DNA of 64,000 bases from Candidatus Latescibacterota bacterium. GTDB lineage: Bacteria; Latescibacterota; UBA2968; UBA8231. Below the pieces are notes generated by a model. That model ran no database searches. It had not been told where the DNA came from and worked only from the letters and a program-made list of their open reading frames with translations. The stretch covers positions 3,616,001-3,680,000 of the forward strand of contig OZ242318.1 of assembly GCA_965208105.1 (NCBI GenBank). The letters run 5' to 3'. The position numbers and the translations under genes are program-made. The first letter of the stretch is position 1, and every line of letters starts with the position of its first letter. Of the stretch, positions 19,141 through 27,611 are shown piece after piece.

Positions 19141-20235
19141 TCACTTTCTTCCTTCGAGAAGGTCCAGGTACTGTGCCGCGGTTTTTTCCCAGGAGTACTC
19201 GCGCCGGACGTAGCCGCGGGCTTCGGCGCGCTTGGCTTCCCTTTCGCGCTCGGGCAGGGCGTAGTAGCGGTGGATCTCGCCGACAAAGCTCGGATAATCG
19301 TTGGGTTCTATCAAGTAGCCGCCTTCGCGCACGCTCTCGACCAGGGCGTCCACCGCGAAAGCCACCACGGGGGTGCCGGTGTACATGCTCTCCAACTGGG
19401 TCATGCCGAAGCCTTCCGCGTCGTTGGGAGTCGGAACGTTGGGAAAGATGAAGAGGTCGGCGCTCTGGCGCAGCATGGCGATGGTTTCGTCGGAGGGGGA
19501 CTCGAGGAGAACGACGCGGTCCTGCAGCTCCGGCTTCCCGCTCAGGGCGCGGATGCGTCCCAGGTCGGGGCCGGCGCCGCCGATGACGAGGCGGATGTCG
19601 GGATCGAGCAGGGGCATGCCCTTCTCCAGGAATGCGGCCACTCCCTTGCGCGGGACCAGGCGGCCGAAGTTGAGCAGGATGCGGTCCCGGCCGAAGCGCA
19701 GCCCGTGGGTCCGCTCGAATCGCTCCCGTATGAGGCCGCACTGCTCGTCGGCAAGGACCAGCGCCTCCACCCCCAGGTAGACGATGGTGATTTTCTCCGC
19801 GGAGATGCCTGCCCGCACCGAGATCTCGCGGGAGTGGCGGCTGATGAGGACGACGTGGTCGCAGGCCTGGGCGCCGCGGCGCATGAGGCCGCGGGCGAGC
19901 CGGTTGCCGTAGGCCATTTCCAGGCCGTAGATCGTGACCACGAAGCGGGCGCGGGCAATGGGCCGCAGGAGAGGTGCCAGCGCCCCGACCACCCCGTCGC
20001 CGAAGTAGACCGCGTCCACCCGCCTCAGCAGCAGGTCGAAGAAAGCCCGGACGAAGGCCCAGGGCAGAAACCAGAGCAGGTGAATCTTCCACTGGCGGCC
20101 CAGCGCCACCAGCCGCACCGGGCGCCGGGCGCTCAGCCGGGTGTAGAGGTTGTGGCAGTGGACCTGGATGCCCCCGACGGAAGGGGGGTAGCGGCGGGTG
20201 ATGAACAGGATACGGGTGCCGGGGCTGGATGACAT
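19141..20235 (-). CDS. Glycosyltransferase family 4
   Basis: YPPSVGG, GRLVPRKG, EGFGMTQLES. Confidence 0.88.
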   Translation of the reverse strand: MSSSPGTRILFITRRYPPSVGGIQVHCHNLYTRLSARRPVRLVALGRQWKIHLLWFLPWAFVRAFFDLLLRRVDAVYFGDGVVGALAPLLRPIARARFVVTIYGLEMAYGNRLARGLMRRGAQACDHVVLISRHSREISVRAGISAEKITIVYLGVEALVLADEQCGLIRERFERTHGLRFGRDRILLNFGRLVPRKGVAAFLEKGMPLLDPDIRLVIGGAGPDLGRIRALSGKPELQDRVVLLESPSDETIAMLRQSADLFIFPNVPTPNDAEGFGMTQLESMYTGTPVVAFAVDALVESVREGGYLIEPNDYPSFVGEIHRYYALPEREREAKRAEARGYVRREYSWEKTAAQYLDLLEGRK

Positions 20236-20316
20236 GAAAGGGAATTTCTGAAATTGGCCCCTCGGACTCAAGGGCAACACCCGAAAGGAATTGCCGCGGA
20301 AGCCGTGCCGCCGGGG

Positions 20317-21186
20317 CTAGTGCCCCCCGTGGGACTCCATCCCGTGCTCGTGATGGACGGCGCTGGATTCCACGTAGTAGAGCACGTAGGCCAGGGCGAT
20401 TCCCAAAAGGAGGGATATGATGAGCTTGCCGCGGTCGTGGCCGTGGAATTGGATCTCGGGCAGCAGGTCGCTCAGGGCGATGCAGAGGAAGGCTCCGGCG
20501 GCAAAGGACAGCACGTAGCCGACTATCGCTCCATGTTCCGGACCCAGCAGCTCCACCCCCGTGAAACTAGCCAGGGCTACCAGGGGACAGAGCATGGCGA
20601 AGCCGACGTTGGCCGCGGTGCGGGACCGGGGGCTGTGTCCGGCGGACTTCATCATGCCGATGATGGAGTAGGCGTCGAGGGGCTTGTGCAGCAGTATGGC
20701 GAGGAATACCCCCAGCCCGACCAGCACCACTTCGTCGGAATGGGGCGGGCCAATCTGCATGCTGGTACCCAGGGCGATCCCTTCGGTCACGGTATGCACC
20801 CCGAGGCCGAGGACGACGCCTACCAGGCTGCGCGAATGGACGACGGAACCGCCGTGGTCGCGCCGGTCGTAGAGATCCTTGGCCTCGGCGCTGAAGTCGT
20901 GCTGGTGGTACTGAAAGATGCGCAGCAGAAAAATCATGAGGACCATGCCGAACACCATCCATCCAACCACTTTCTCTATGATTGCAGGTCCGGTAAGGCG
21001 ATCGATGCTGTGGGGCAGAAGGTGAAACATGGCGATGCCGAGGATGAAACCGGCCACGAGGCTCATGACCACCTGGGTGCGGGTGTGGGTCATGTTGCCC
21101 ATGGCCGCCAGTTTGCCGCCGCCGATGGAGACGGCGAAGATGGCGGCGCAATAGGCGAGCAAGACCAGAAAAGTATGTATGTCCAT
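20317..21186 (-). CDS. ZIP-family divalent metal transporter
   Basis: HLLPH, HQHD loop, HTVTEGIALG (TM4), HKPLD (TM5), SDLLPE; His-rich C-terminus. Confidence 0.9.
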   Translation of the reverse strand: MDIHTFLVLLAYCAAIFAVSIGGGKLAAMGNMTHTRTQVVMSLVAGFILGIAMFHLLPHSIDRLTGPAIIEKVVGWMVFGMVLMIFLLRIFQYHQHDFSAEAKDLYDRRDHGGSVVHSRSLVGVVLGLGVHTVTEGIALGTSMQIGPPHSDEVVLVGLGVFLAILLHKPLDAYSIIGMMKSAGHSPRSRTAANVGFAMLCPLVALASFTGVELLGPEHGAIVGYVLSFAAGAFLCIALSDLLPEIQFHGHDRGKLIISLLLGIALAYVLYYVESSAVHHEHGMESHGGH

Positions 21187-21292
21187 GATGGCCGTGATCA
21201 AAAACTACGTGGGATAGCGGTCGTCCCCCGGATGGGAGGGAAGGAAGAGCGCGCCAGGAGCGAAGAAGCTGGTCTCGGCAAGGGATTTCCGC

Positions 21293-21781
21293 TCAGAAGA
21301 ACAGCATCAACAGCACGATGCTGCTCAGCCCGCCGAGCATGAACCCCGCGGTGCTGACGACGCCCGAGGCCATGGAGAAGTCGGCGATGCGGAAGGTCTG
21401 GGGCCCGATGGTGAACATCACCTGGGAGCGGTCGATCTCCCCCTCGACGAATCCCTTCAGGCCCTCCTCGGCGCTGTGAGCCTCCTTGACAGAGACCAGG
21501 GCTACGAGAATCATGGTCATGGCCGAGGCCAGGGTCCCGATCGCGAACATGAGCAGCGTAGCCAGGGCGAACCAGTGGTAGGCGGCGTCCTCGTTCCCCG
21601 ACGAGGAGCTCATGAACCCGATGATCAACGCCGCACCGCCCGCATTGCCGAGCAGCAGCAACCGGGCGGACTCGGTGATCAGCCTGAACATGGTGCCGCG
21701 GCGCATGGCGACGACTTTGTAGAGCTCTCGCAGCCACTCTTCACCGGTTTCTTCGCCGGAAAATTCATCCACCTTTTTCAA
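21293..21781 (-). CDS. Hypothetical membrane protein (3 predicted TM helices)
   Basis: Three hydrophobic stretches; 3 bp downstream of the SBP gene stop. Confidence 0.7.
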   Translation of the reverse strand: MKKVDEFSGEETGEEWLRELYKVVAMRRGTMFRLITESARLLLLGNAGGAALIIGFMSSSSGNEDAAYHWFALATLLMFAIGTLASAMTMILVALVSVKEAHSAEEGLKGFVEGEIDRSQVMFTIGPQTFRIADFSMASGVVSTAGFMLGGLSSIVLLMLFF

Positions 21782-21784
21782 TGG

Positions 21785-22900
21785 CTAATTTCCTCCGAGA
21801 TCGGTCAGCCTGATGTAGCTCGAACCCGTATTGGTGCCGGGCTCGAATTCGAGAGTCCAATCGTCGATCGCCACCGGCCCGGACGCCAGGGCCTGATCCA
21901 TGAAATTCTGGCGCGTCAGCTGGTCGCCCATGCGCTCCAGCACGGCTATGACGAAGCGGCCCAGAATGTAACCTTCGAGGGACACCTCGTTGATGGTGTA
22001 ATCCGCCGTCTCCGTCCCCGCCGCCGCGGACTCGAGAGCTCGTTGGAAACTCCGCACAACCGGCCTGCTGGTGTCGTCGGCGTCGGGCATCACCTCGGTG
22101 ACCAGGATCCGGTCGTTGGGCTCTGTGACCTCCTTCTTGAGCTCGTAGGACAGGACGAAGGACAGGTTGGCGATTATGTACTGGTGGCCAAGGGAATGCG
22201 CCAGGTTGATGATCTCCGCGTTGGCGGCGTAGGCTCCGACGATGAGGATGGCGTCCAGGTCGGCCTTGGCCAGGGCGAAGAGGCTCGCCTGGACGGCGTG
22301 GGTGTTGCGCGAGAAGGCGGTCTTCGCCAGAATGGGGACGCCGTGTCCGTCGAGAACCGTCTTGTAGTTTCTCAGGACGGAACGGCCGAAGGCGTCGTCC
22401 TGGTAGATGATCCCGAAGCGGTTCTTGCCGCGCTCCTGCAGGATGTGCTCCACCAGCAACCGGGTCTCGTCGAAATAGCCCGCCCTCAGGTTGATGACGT
22501 TGGGGAAGCGCTTGGTGTTGCGCAGGAAATCGGCGCCGGTGAAGGGTCCGACGAAAGGAATCCCCGCCGTCCTCAGCACGGGGGCGATGCGCTTGGCGGT
22601 CGGCGTCCCCACCCCGCCGATGACGGCCAGCACCTCGTTCTCGGCGGCGAAGCGTTCGGCGTTGGCCGCGGCCTGCTCGGGCTCGTAGGCGTCGTCGAGG
22701 GATACCAGCTCCAGCGGCCTGCCGTTCACCCCGCCGCGCGCGTTGCACTCGCGGAAGGCCGCCTCGATCCCCGCCCGGTAGTTGAACCCCAGGCGCTCGT
22801 TCGGCCCGGAGAAACAGGCACTCTGGCCGAACACCACGGCCTCCGCGGCGGCCGTGGAGACCGCGGCCGAGAGCACGAGGAGGAAGGAGGCCAGCAGCAT
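21785..22900 (-). CDS. Periplasmic substrate-binding protein, LivJ/type-1 PBP family (orphan)
   Basis: Signal peptide MLLASFLLVLSAAVSTAAA; FGQSA, GGVNGR, LDDAYEP, GVGTPT, YQDDAFG; ATG 1 nt after the hflK-like stop. Confidence 0.85.
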   Translation of the reverse strand: MLLASFLLVLSAAVSTAAAEAVVFGQSACFSGPNERLGFNYRAGIEAAFRECNARGGVNGRPLELVSLDDAYEPEQAAANAERFAAENEVLAVIGGVGTPTAKRIAPVLRTAGIPFVGPFTGADFLRNTKRFPNVINLRAGYFDETRLLVEHILQERGKNRFGIIYQDDAFGRSVLRNYKTVLDGHGVPILAKTAFSRNTHAVQASLFALAKADLDAILIVGAYAANAEIINLAHSLGHQYIIANLSFVLSYELKKEVTEPNDRILVTEVMPDADDTSRPVVRSFQRALESAAAGTETADYTINEVSLEGYILGRFVIAVLERMGDQLTRQNFMDQALASGPVAIDDWTLEFEPGTNTGSSYIRLTDLGGN

Positions 22901-22901
22901 G

Positions 22902-24245
22902 CTAATTACCCTTGCCACCGGCTTTCGCTTTCTTTTCGGCGCCAACTGTTTTCTCCTTCTTCGCGCCGCCGCCTTCCTTCTTTTTCTTCTCCCCGGTTGC
23001 CAGGTTCTCGATCATCGGCTTTTCGTCGGCCTCCTGGCCCACGGGCTTGCCGCTCACGTGGCGGTGGGAGAAGATGGACGGGGTGTCGAAGATGAGCGAC
23101 CGCGGGTTGGCGATGCTCATGTGGTCCCGTTCGGCGCGGGTCTGATGGAACTGGCCGTCGAGCAGGAGCTTGTCGGCATGGATGCTTTCGATGGCGTGCA
23201 CGTTCTGCATGGTGGCCGTCGAGAGCAGGGGCCTGTCTTCGATTTTTTCACTGGTGGGAGGTGCTTCCAGCGCCATGTGCGCCGGGGTGAACCCGCCCGC
23301 TCCGTCGATCATGTTGATGTCGATGGCCGACTGGTTGCCCGGATTGACCGCCGCCAGGCTGGCCTCCGCAAAGATCTTGCGCATCCGGTCCCAGTAGCGC
23401 GTGATTCCCACGTGGGCGGGCTGTTTGCGGTATTCGGCCAAAAGCGCCGAGAAGGCTCCGGCGGTGCTCTTCGCCTGTACCACGCGCTCCCTGGCCTTGG
23501 CCTTGGCGTTGATCACCATGGCCTTGGCCTGTCCACGGCTGTGGGCGATGAGCTGCTCCCTTTTGCGGTTGGCGTCGCTCACCGCCTTGACGCGGTCGGC
23601 GAAGGCGTCGCTCACGTCCCGGAAGGCGGCGATGGTTTCCTCGATGGGGCGCACGTCGAGGATGTCGAGGGAGACCAGCTCAATCCCGATGTCGCGGGAG
23701 GCGAGGCGCTCGGTGATCCGCTCGAACAGTTTGCTTTGAATGATGTTTCGATTCGAGGTGAGGATCAGGTCGATGAAGTTCTGCCCCAGGATATTGACCA
23801 GCTCCTCCCTGGAGATCATGGTCACCATGGCGAGGGGGTCGGAGGTGACGAACAGGTAGTTCCTCAGGTTGTCGACCTTGTACTGGAGGGCCACGTCCAC
23901 TTCGAGCAGGTTCACGTCTCCCGAAAGGATGGTGAAGTTGACGGAATCGCCCTCCTTGCTGGAAACCTGGTGGCGGATGATGCGCTTGACCTTGTGGACG
24001 TAGGTCTTCTCGATGACGGGAATGCAGTAGTGGATGCCGGGCCCGATGTTGGCGTCCACCACCCGGCCGAAGCGGGTGCGAACGCCCTGCTCCTCTTTCT
24101 TGACGACGTAGAACCCGCTGGCCAAAAACCCGGCGACGACGGCTGCGGTGACCGATTGCAGGATGCGCCGGTGGTGCTTGCCGAGGAAGTCGAATGCGGC
24201 GTAGATGACCCGCGTGCTGGGCGGCAATGACTGTCGTTCGCTCAT
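22902..24245 (-). CDS. HflK-like SPFH protein with long C-terminal extension
   Basis: TM helix then SGFYVV..GVRTRFG..PGIHY, LSGDVNLLEVDVALQYKV, AAFRDV, coiled coil, F-ALLAEY. Confidence 0.85.
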   Translation of the reverse strand: MSERQSLPPSTRVIYAAFDFLGKHHRRILQSVTAAVVAGFLASGFYVVKKEEQGVRTRFGRVVDANIGPGIHYCIPVIEKTYVHKVKRIIRHQVSSKEGDSVNFTILSGDVNLLEVDVALQYKVDNLRNYLFVTSDPLAMVTMISREELVNILGQNFIDLILTSNRNIIQSKLFERITERLASRDIGIELVSLDILDVRPIEETIAAFRDVSDAFADRVKAVSDANRKREQLIAHSRGQAKAMVINAKAKARERVVQAKSTAGAFSALLAEYRKQPAHVGITRYWDRMRKIFAEASLAAVNPGNQSAIDINMIDGAGGFTPAHMALEAPPTSEKIEDRPLLSTATMQNVHAIESIHADKLLLDGQFHQTRAERDHMSIANPRSLIFDTPSIFSHRHVSGKPVGQEADEKPMIENLATGEKKKKEGGGAKKEKTVGAEKKAKAGGKGN

Positions 24246-24266
24246 TTCAGGCGGACTCCCCAATTG

Positions 24267-25154
24267 TCAGGGCCTTGCCTTGGTGTCGAGATACTTGAAA
24301 AGCTCGTTGTCGGCCGGCAGCATGAGGGTGGTGTTGCGATCGATTATGAGGTCGTAGCTGTCGAGGGCGCGGACGAACTTGTAGAACTCCGGATCCTTGC
24401 GGTAGGCCTTGCCCAGCAGGGCCATGGCCTCGGCCTCGGCCTCGCCCAGAATGGCGGTGGCCTCGGCGTGGGCGTCGGCGATCAGCTTCTCGTGCTCGTT
24501 GATGGCCAGGGCCTCGATGCGCAGGGCCATCTCCTCGCCCTCGCTGCGATAGCGGGCGGCGATGCGCGCGCGCTCGGCGATCATGCGGCGGATGACGCTG
24601 GGCCGGTTCTCCACCGGCAGGGTGTACTCGACGATCCCCGCCTCCATTACCTCGATCCCGTAGCTCTCCCTGGCGACGGGGGCGATTCTGGCGAGAATCG
24701 CCCGGGAGGCCTCGTTGAGGTCCTCGTGCTCCAGCCCCAGTCCGATGAAGGCGTCGAGGGACTTGTTGCTGATGATGATTCCGCTGCTGGAAAGGTAGAG
24801 GTCCTGCAGCCGCTCCACCGCGCTCTGGCCGGTGCGGATCGCCTCGACGAAGAGAATGGGGTCCACGGTGCGCCAGAGCAGGTAGCCGTCGACGAGGATG
24901 CTCTTCTGGTCTTCGGTGATCAGCTCGTGGGGGATTCCGGTCAGGGTGTGAATGCGGCGGTCGACCTTGTAGATCTTCGAAATGGGGCGCGGCCACTTCA
25001 GGTGAAACCCGGGCTGCCGCACGGGGGGAGAAATCTTGCCGAAGTGAGTCAACACCCCCTGCTGGGTCTCGTTGACGATGTAAAAACTGTCGTAGGCGAT
25101 GGCGGCGGCGATGGCGATGATGGCCGCGGTGATCGTCTTTCTCTTCAGCTTCAT
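24267..25154 (-). CDS. HflC-like SPFH protein
   Basis: SFYIVNETQQGVLTHFG, PGFHLKWP, ITEDQK, RMIAER, RSEG, DPEFYKFVRALDSY. Confidence 0.9.
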   Translation of the reverse strand: MKLKRKTITAAIIAIAAAIAYDSFYIVNETQQGVLTHFGKISPPVRQPGFHLKWPRPISKIYKVDRRIHTLTGIPHELITEDQKSILVDGYLLWRTVDPILFVEAIRTGQSAVERLQDLYLSSSGIIISNKSLDAFIGLGLEHEDLNEASRAILARIAPVARESYGIEVMEAGIVEYTLPVENRPSVIRRMIAERARIAARYRSEGEEMALRIEALAINEHEKLIADAHAEATAILGEAEAEAMALLGKAYRKDPEFYKFVRALDSYDLIIDRNTTLMLPADNELFKYLDTKARP

Positions 25155-27445
25155 TGCCCTTTACTCCCGTGGTGTCGGTCCCCGCCGGCCGCCCGGGCAT
25201 TGCTCTTCTTCCACAGGGCGACCTTCTCGAGGCTCTTCTTGTTGGGCACGATGATCTTGGGGTTGCCGGCCAGGGCGGTCTCCAGCTTCTCCCGCCACAG
25301 CATGTTGCGCAGGACCCCGGGGGCGCTGCGCACGGCGTCGGACACGAGGGAGATGGCCTCGGCCTCGGCCGCCGAGGTCTTCACCTTCCGGTAGGCCTCG
25401 CCCTCCGCCTGCTCCACCTCCCACTCGGCGTTGCCGTGCGCCTGGGGGATCAGGGCTACCAGGAAGCGCTGGGCGTTGACGATGATCCGCTCGCGGTCCT
25501 CCTGGGCGCTCGATACGTCCCGGAAGGCGCTGACCGTCTCGGCCACCGGCTTGATTTCCAGCAGGTTCACCTTGACCAGGTCCACGGTCCTGAGCACCGG
25601 GTTCTCCAGGTGGATGTCGGAGGCGAAGGACTCGGTGATGTGCTCTTCCAGGGTTACGCGATGGACGTTGAGCAGTTGTTCCAGATCCCGGGCGGACACG
25701 AAGGAACGCAGGTGGGCCTTGACCACGTCCGTTATGATCTTCTCCGGGCTGGTGGTGCGGTAATGATACTCGTAGGGGTCCTCGACCCGGTACTGCACGT
25801 TGACGGTGAGGGTGAGGAGGTTGAGGTCTCCGGACACGTAGTCGTGGGGGGCGTCGCTCATTATGGACTTCACCTCCCGCACCGGCCACTTGTCCACCTG
25901 GACGAAGGGCCGGGGGGCGAGGTAGTGCAGGCCGGGCTGCAGGTCGCGCCAGTGGACCTTGCCGAAGAGCAGGCCATAGCCCACCGATCCGGGAGGCACG
26001 GTGGTGAAGCCGCTACCCAGAAACAGGACCAGGGCCAGGGCCCAGAGGATCAGCCCCAAGGGCGCGGCGGGAGAGACGACGCCCCAGGCCGAACGGCTGC
26101 GGGTCAGACGGCGCCAGGTCCGGCGCCAGGGCCGGGACAGAGGCCGGAGATTGAGCAACAGGTCCTCCCAGCCGCTGCGCATGGCCCCGGCGCGGAAGCG
26201 CCAGACGATAAGGGCGATGAGGACAAAGGCGCCTCCCCATTGCATGAACTGCAGGGTGGGCGAGTCCGAGGCGACGAGATTCACCGAGATGCTCAGGCCG
26301 GCGGCGAGGAGCAGAATGTCGATCAGGATGCCGAGGGCGGCGGTGACCGCGATGACCGCGGTGACGTAGATGGAAGCGAAGCGGGCGCCGAACTGGCTGA
26401 CGATGATGGCGATGGTTCCCGTGTTGGTGGCCGGACCGGTCATGAGAAAGATCAGCGCCGCGCCCGGGCTGACCCCCTTGGCCACCAGGGCGGCGGCGAT
26501 GGGGGTGCTGGCGGATGCGCAGATGTAGAGCGGAATGCCGATGAGCACCATGACGGGATAGGCCAGCCAGCGGGCGTACTCGTGGGCCATCAGGTCGCCG
26601 GGGATGACCAGGAAGAGCACTCCTCCCAGGGCCACTCCCACCAGCAGGGCGAAGAGGATGTCGTCGGCAATCTCGACGAAACCGTAGCGGAAGATGTGCT
26701 TGACGACCCGCCTGAAGTCCAGCTCCGGGTGGTCGGCCGGGGCGGCGGAGGAATCGTCCGCTGCGCCCTGCGCGGCAAGGGACTCGCGGTAGAAGTCCGG
26801 CTTCACCCAGGATGTGGTCTTCCAGCGGCCGGCCGCCAATGCGACTGCCTTCAACCAGTGAACGGTGAGCCTCTTCAGCATCGAGGGGCTGACGTAGCAG
26901 TCGTCACTGTCGGCGATGAGAGCCTCATGGCCGTGGTCGTGATTGTGGTCGTGATCATGGTCGTGTTCGTCATGCTCATGGCCGTGATCGTCATGGCCGG
27001 CCTCTGATTCGTCCCCTTTTCTGATGAGGCCGATGCAGAAGATGCCGGCGACGACCGCGGTGATGAAGCTGATCACGGGCCGCACGATGGCGACGACCCA
27101 TCCGAAGAAGGCGTTGGTGACCAGGATGGAGTCGGCCCCTGTTTCAGGGGCGGTTATGAGAAAGGACATGCAGGAGGAACGGGAGGCGCCCTTGCGGCGC
27201 ATCTCGGCAACCACCGGAACCACGGAGCAGCTGCACAGGGGCACCGGTACGCCGATGGCCGAGCTCATGCTGACCGACTTCAGGCTGTCTTCGCGGAGCC
27301 AGCGCAGAATGGCCTGGCGGGATATGAATACATGGATCAGGCCGGAGAGGAACAGCCCCAGAAGCAGCATGGGGGCCAGCAGCAGGAAGGACGACCAGAG
27401 GAAATCGAAGAACCTGGTGAATATGTCAAGGAAGCTCAGGGCCAA
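25151..27445 (-). CDS. ArsP/DUF318 (SO_0444-type) metal permease fused to a C-terminal HflK-like SPFH domain
   Basis: PLCSCSVVP, FLITAPETG, YICASASTP, FLMTGPATN permease motifs with His-rich loop; C-terminal ~300 aa SGFTTVPPG..PGLHY..SGDLNLL..VQYRV..SAFRDV; TTG start with GGAGG RBS. Confidence 0.88.
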   Translation of the reverse strand: MALSFLDIFTRFFDFLWSSFLLLAPMLLLGLFLSGLIHVFISRQAILRWLREDSLKSVSMSSAIGVPVPLCSCSVVPVVAEMRRKGASRSSCMSFLITAPETGADSILVTNAFFGWVVAIVRPVISFITAVVAGIFCIGLIRKGDESEAGHDDHGHEHDEHDHDHDHNHDHGHEALIADSDDCYVSPSMLKRLTVHWLKAVALAAGRWKTTSWVKPDFYRESLAAQGAADDSSAAPADHPELDFRRVVKHIFRYGFVEIADDILFALLVGVALGGVLFLVIPGDLMAHEYARWLAYPVMVLIGIPLYICASASTPIAAALVAKGVSPGAALIFLMTGPATNTGTIAIIVSQFGARFASIYVTAVIAVTAALGILIDILLLAAGLSISVNLVASDSPTLQFMQWGGAFVLIALIVWRFRAGAMRSGWEDLLLNLRPLSRPWRRTWRRLTRSRSAWGVVSPAAPLGLILWALALVLFLGSGFTTVPPGSVGYGLLFGKVHWRDLQPGLHYLAPRPFVQVDKWPVREVKSIMSDAPHDYVSGDLNLLTLTVNVQYRVEDPYEYHYRTTSPEKIITDVVKAHLRSFVSARDLEQLLNVHRVTLEEHITESFASDIHLENPVLRTVDLVKVNLLEIKPVAETVSAFRDVSSAQEDRERIIVNAQRFLVALIPQAHGNAEWEVEQAEGEAYRKVKTSAAEAEAISLVSDAVRSAPGVLRNMLWREKLETALAGNPKIIVPNKKSLEKVALWKKSNARAAGGDRHHGSKGQ

Positions 27446-27611
27446 TCAGCGACCTCCAGTTAAAAAAGCCAATCGAAGCTGCAACTGACTGTTGGGCAAC
27501 CAAATGAATTCCAATGTTACAGAAGTATTAGAGACCAGTTAATATAGTTAACTATTGTTGTTTATACCGTCTTTTTTTCGTGAAGAAATTACAAGTCGAT
27601 GGCGCCGGAGC
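27446..27611 (-). promoter_or_regulatory. AT-rich promoter/operator region of the permease-SPFH operon
   Basis: Conspicuously AT-rich; perfect palindrome ATAGTTAACTAT at 27544-27555. Confidence 0.55.
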
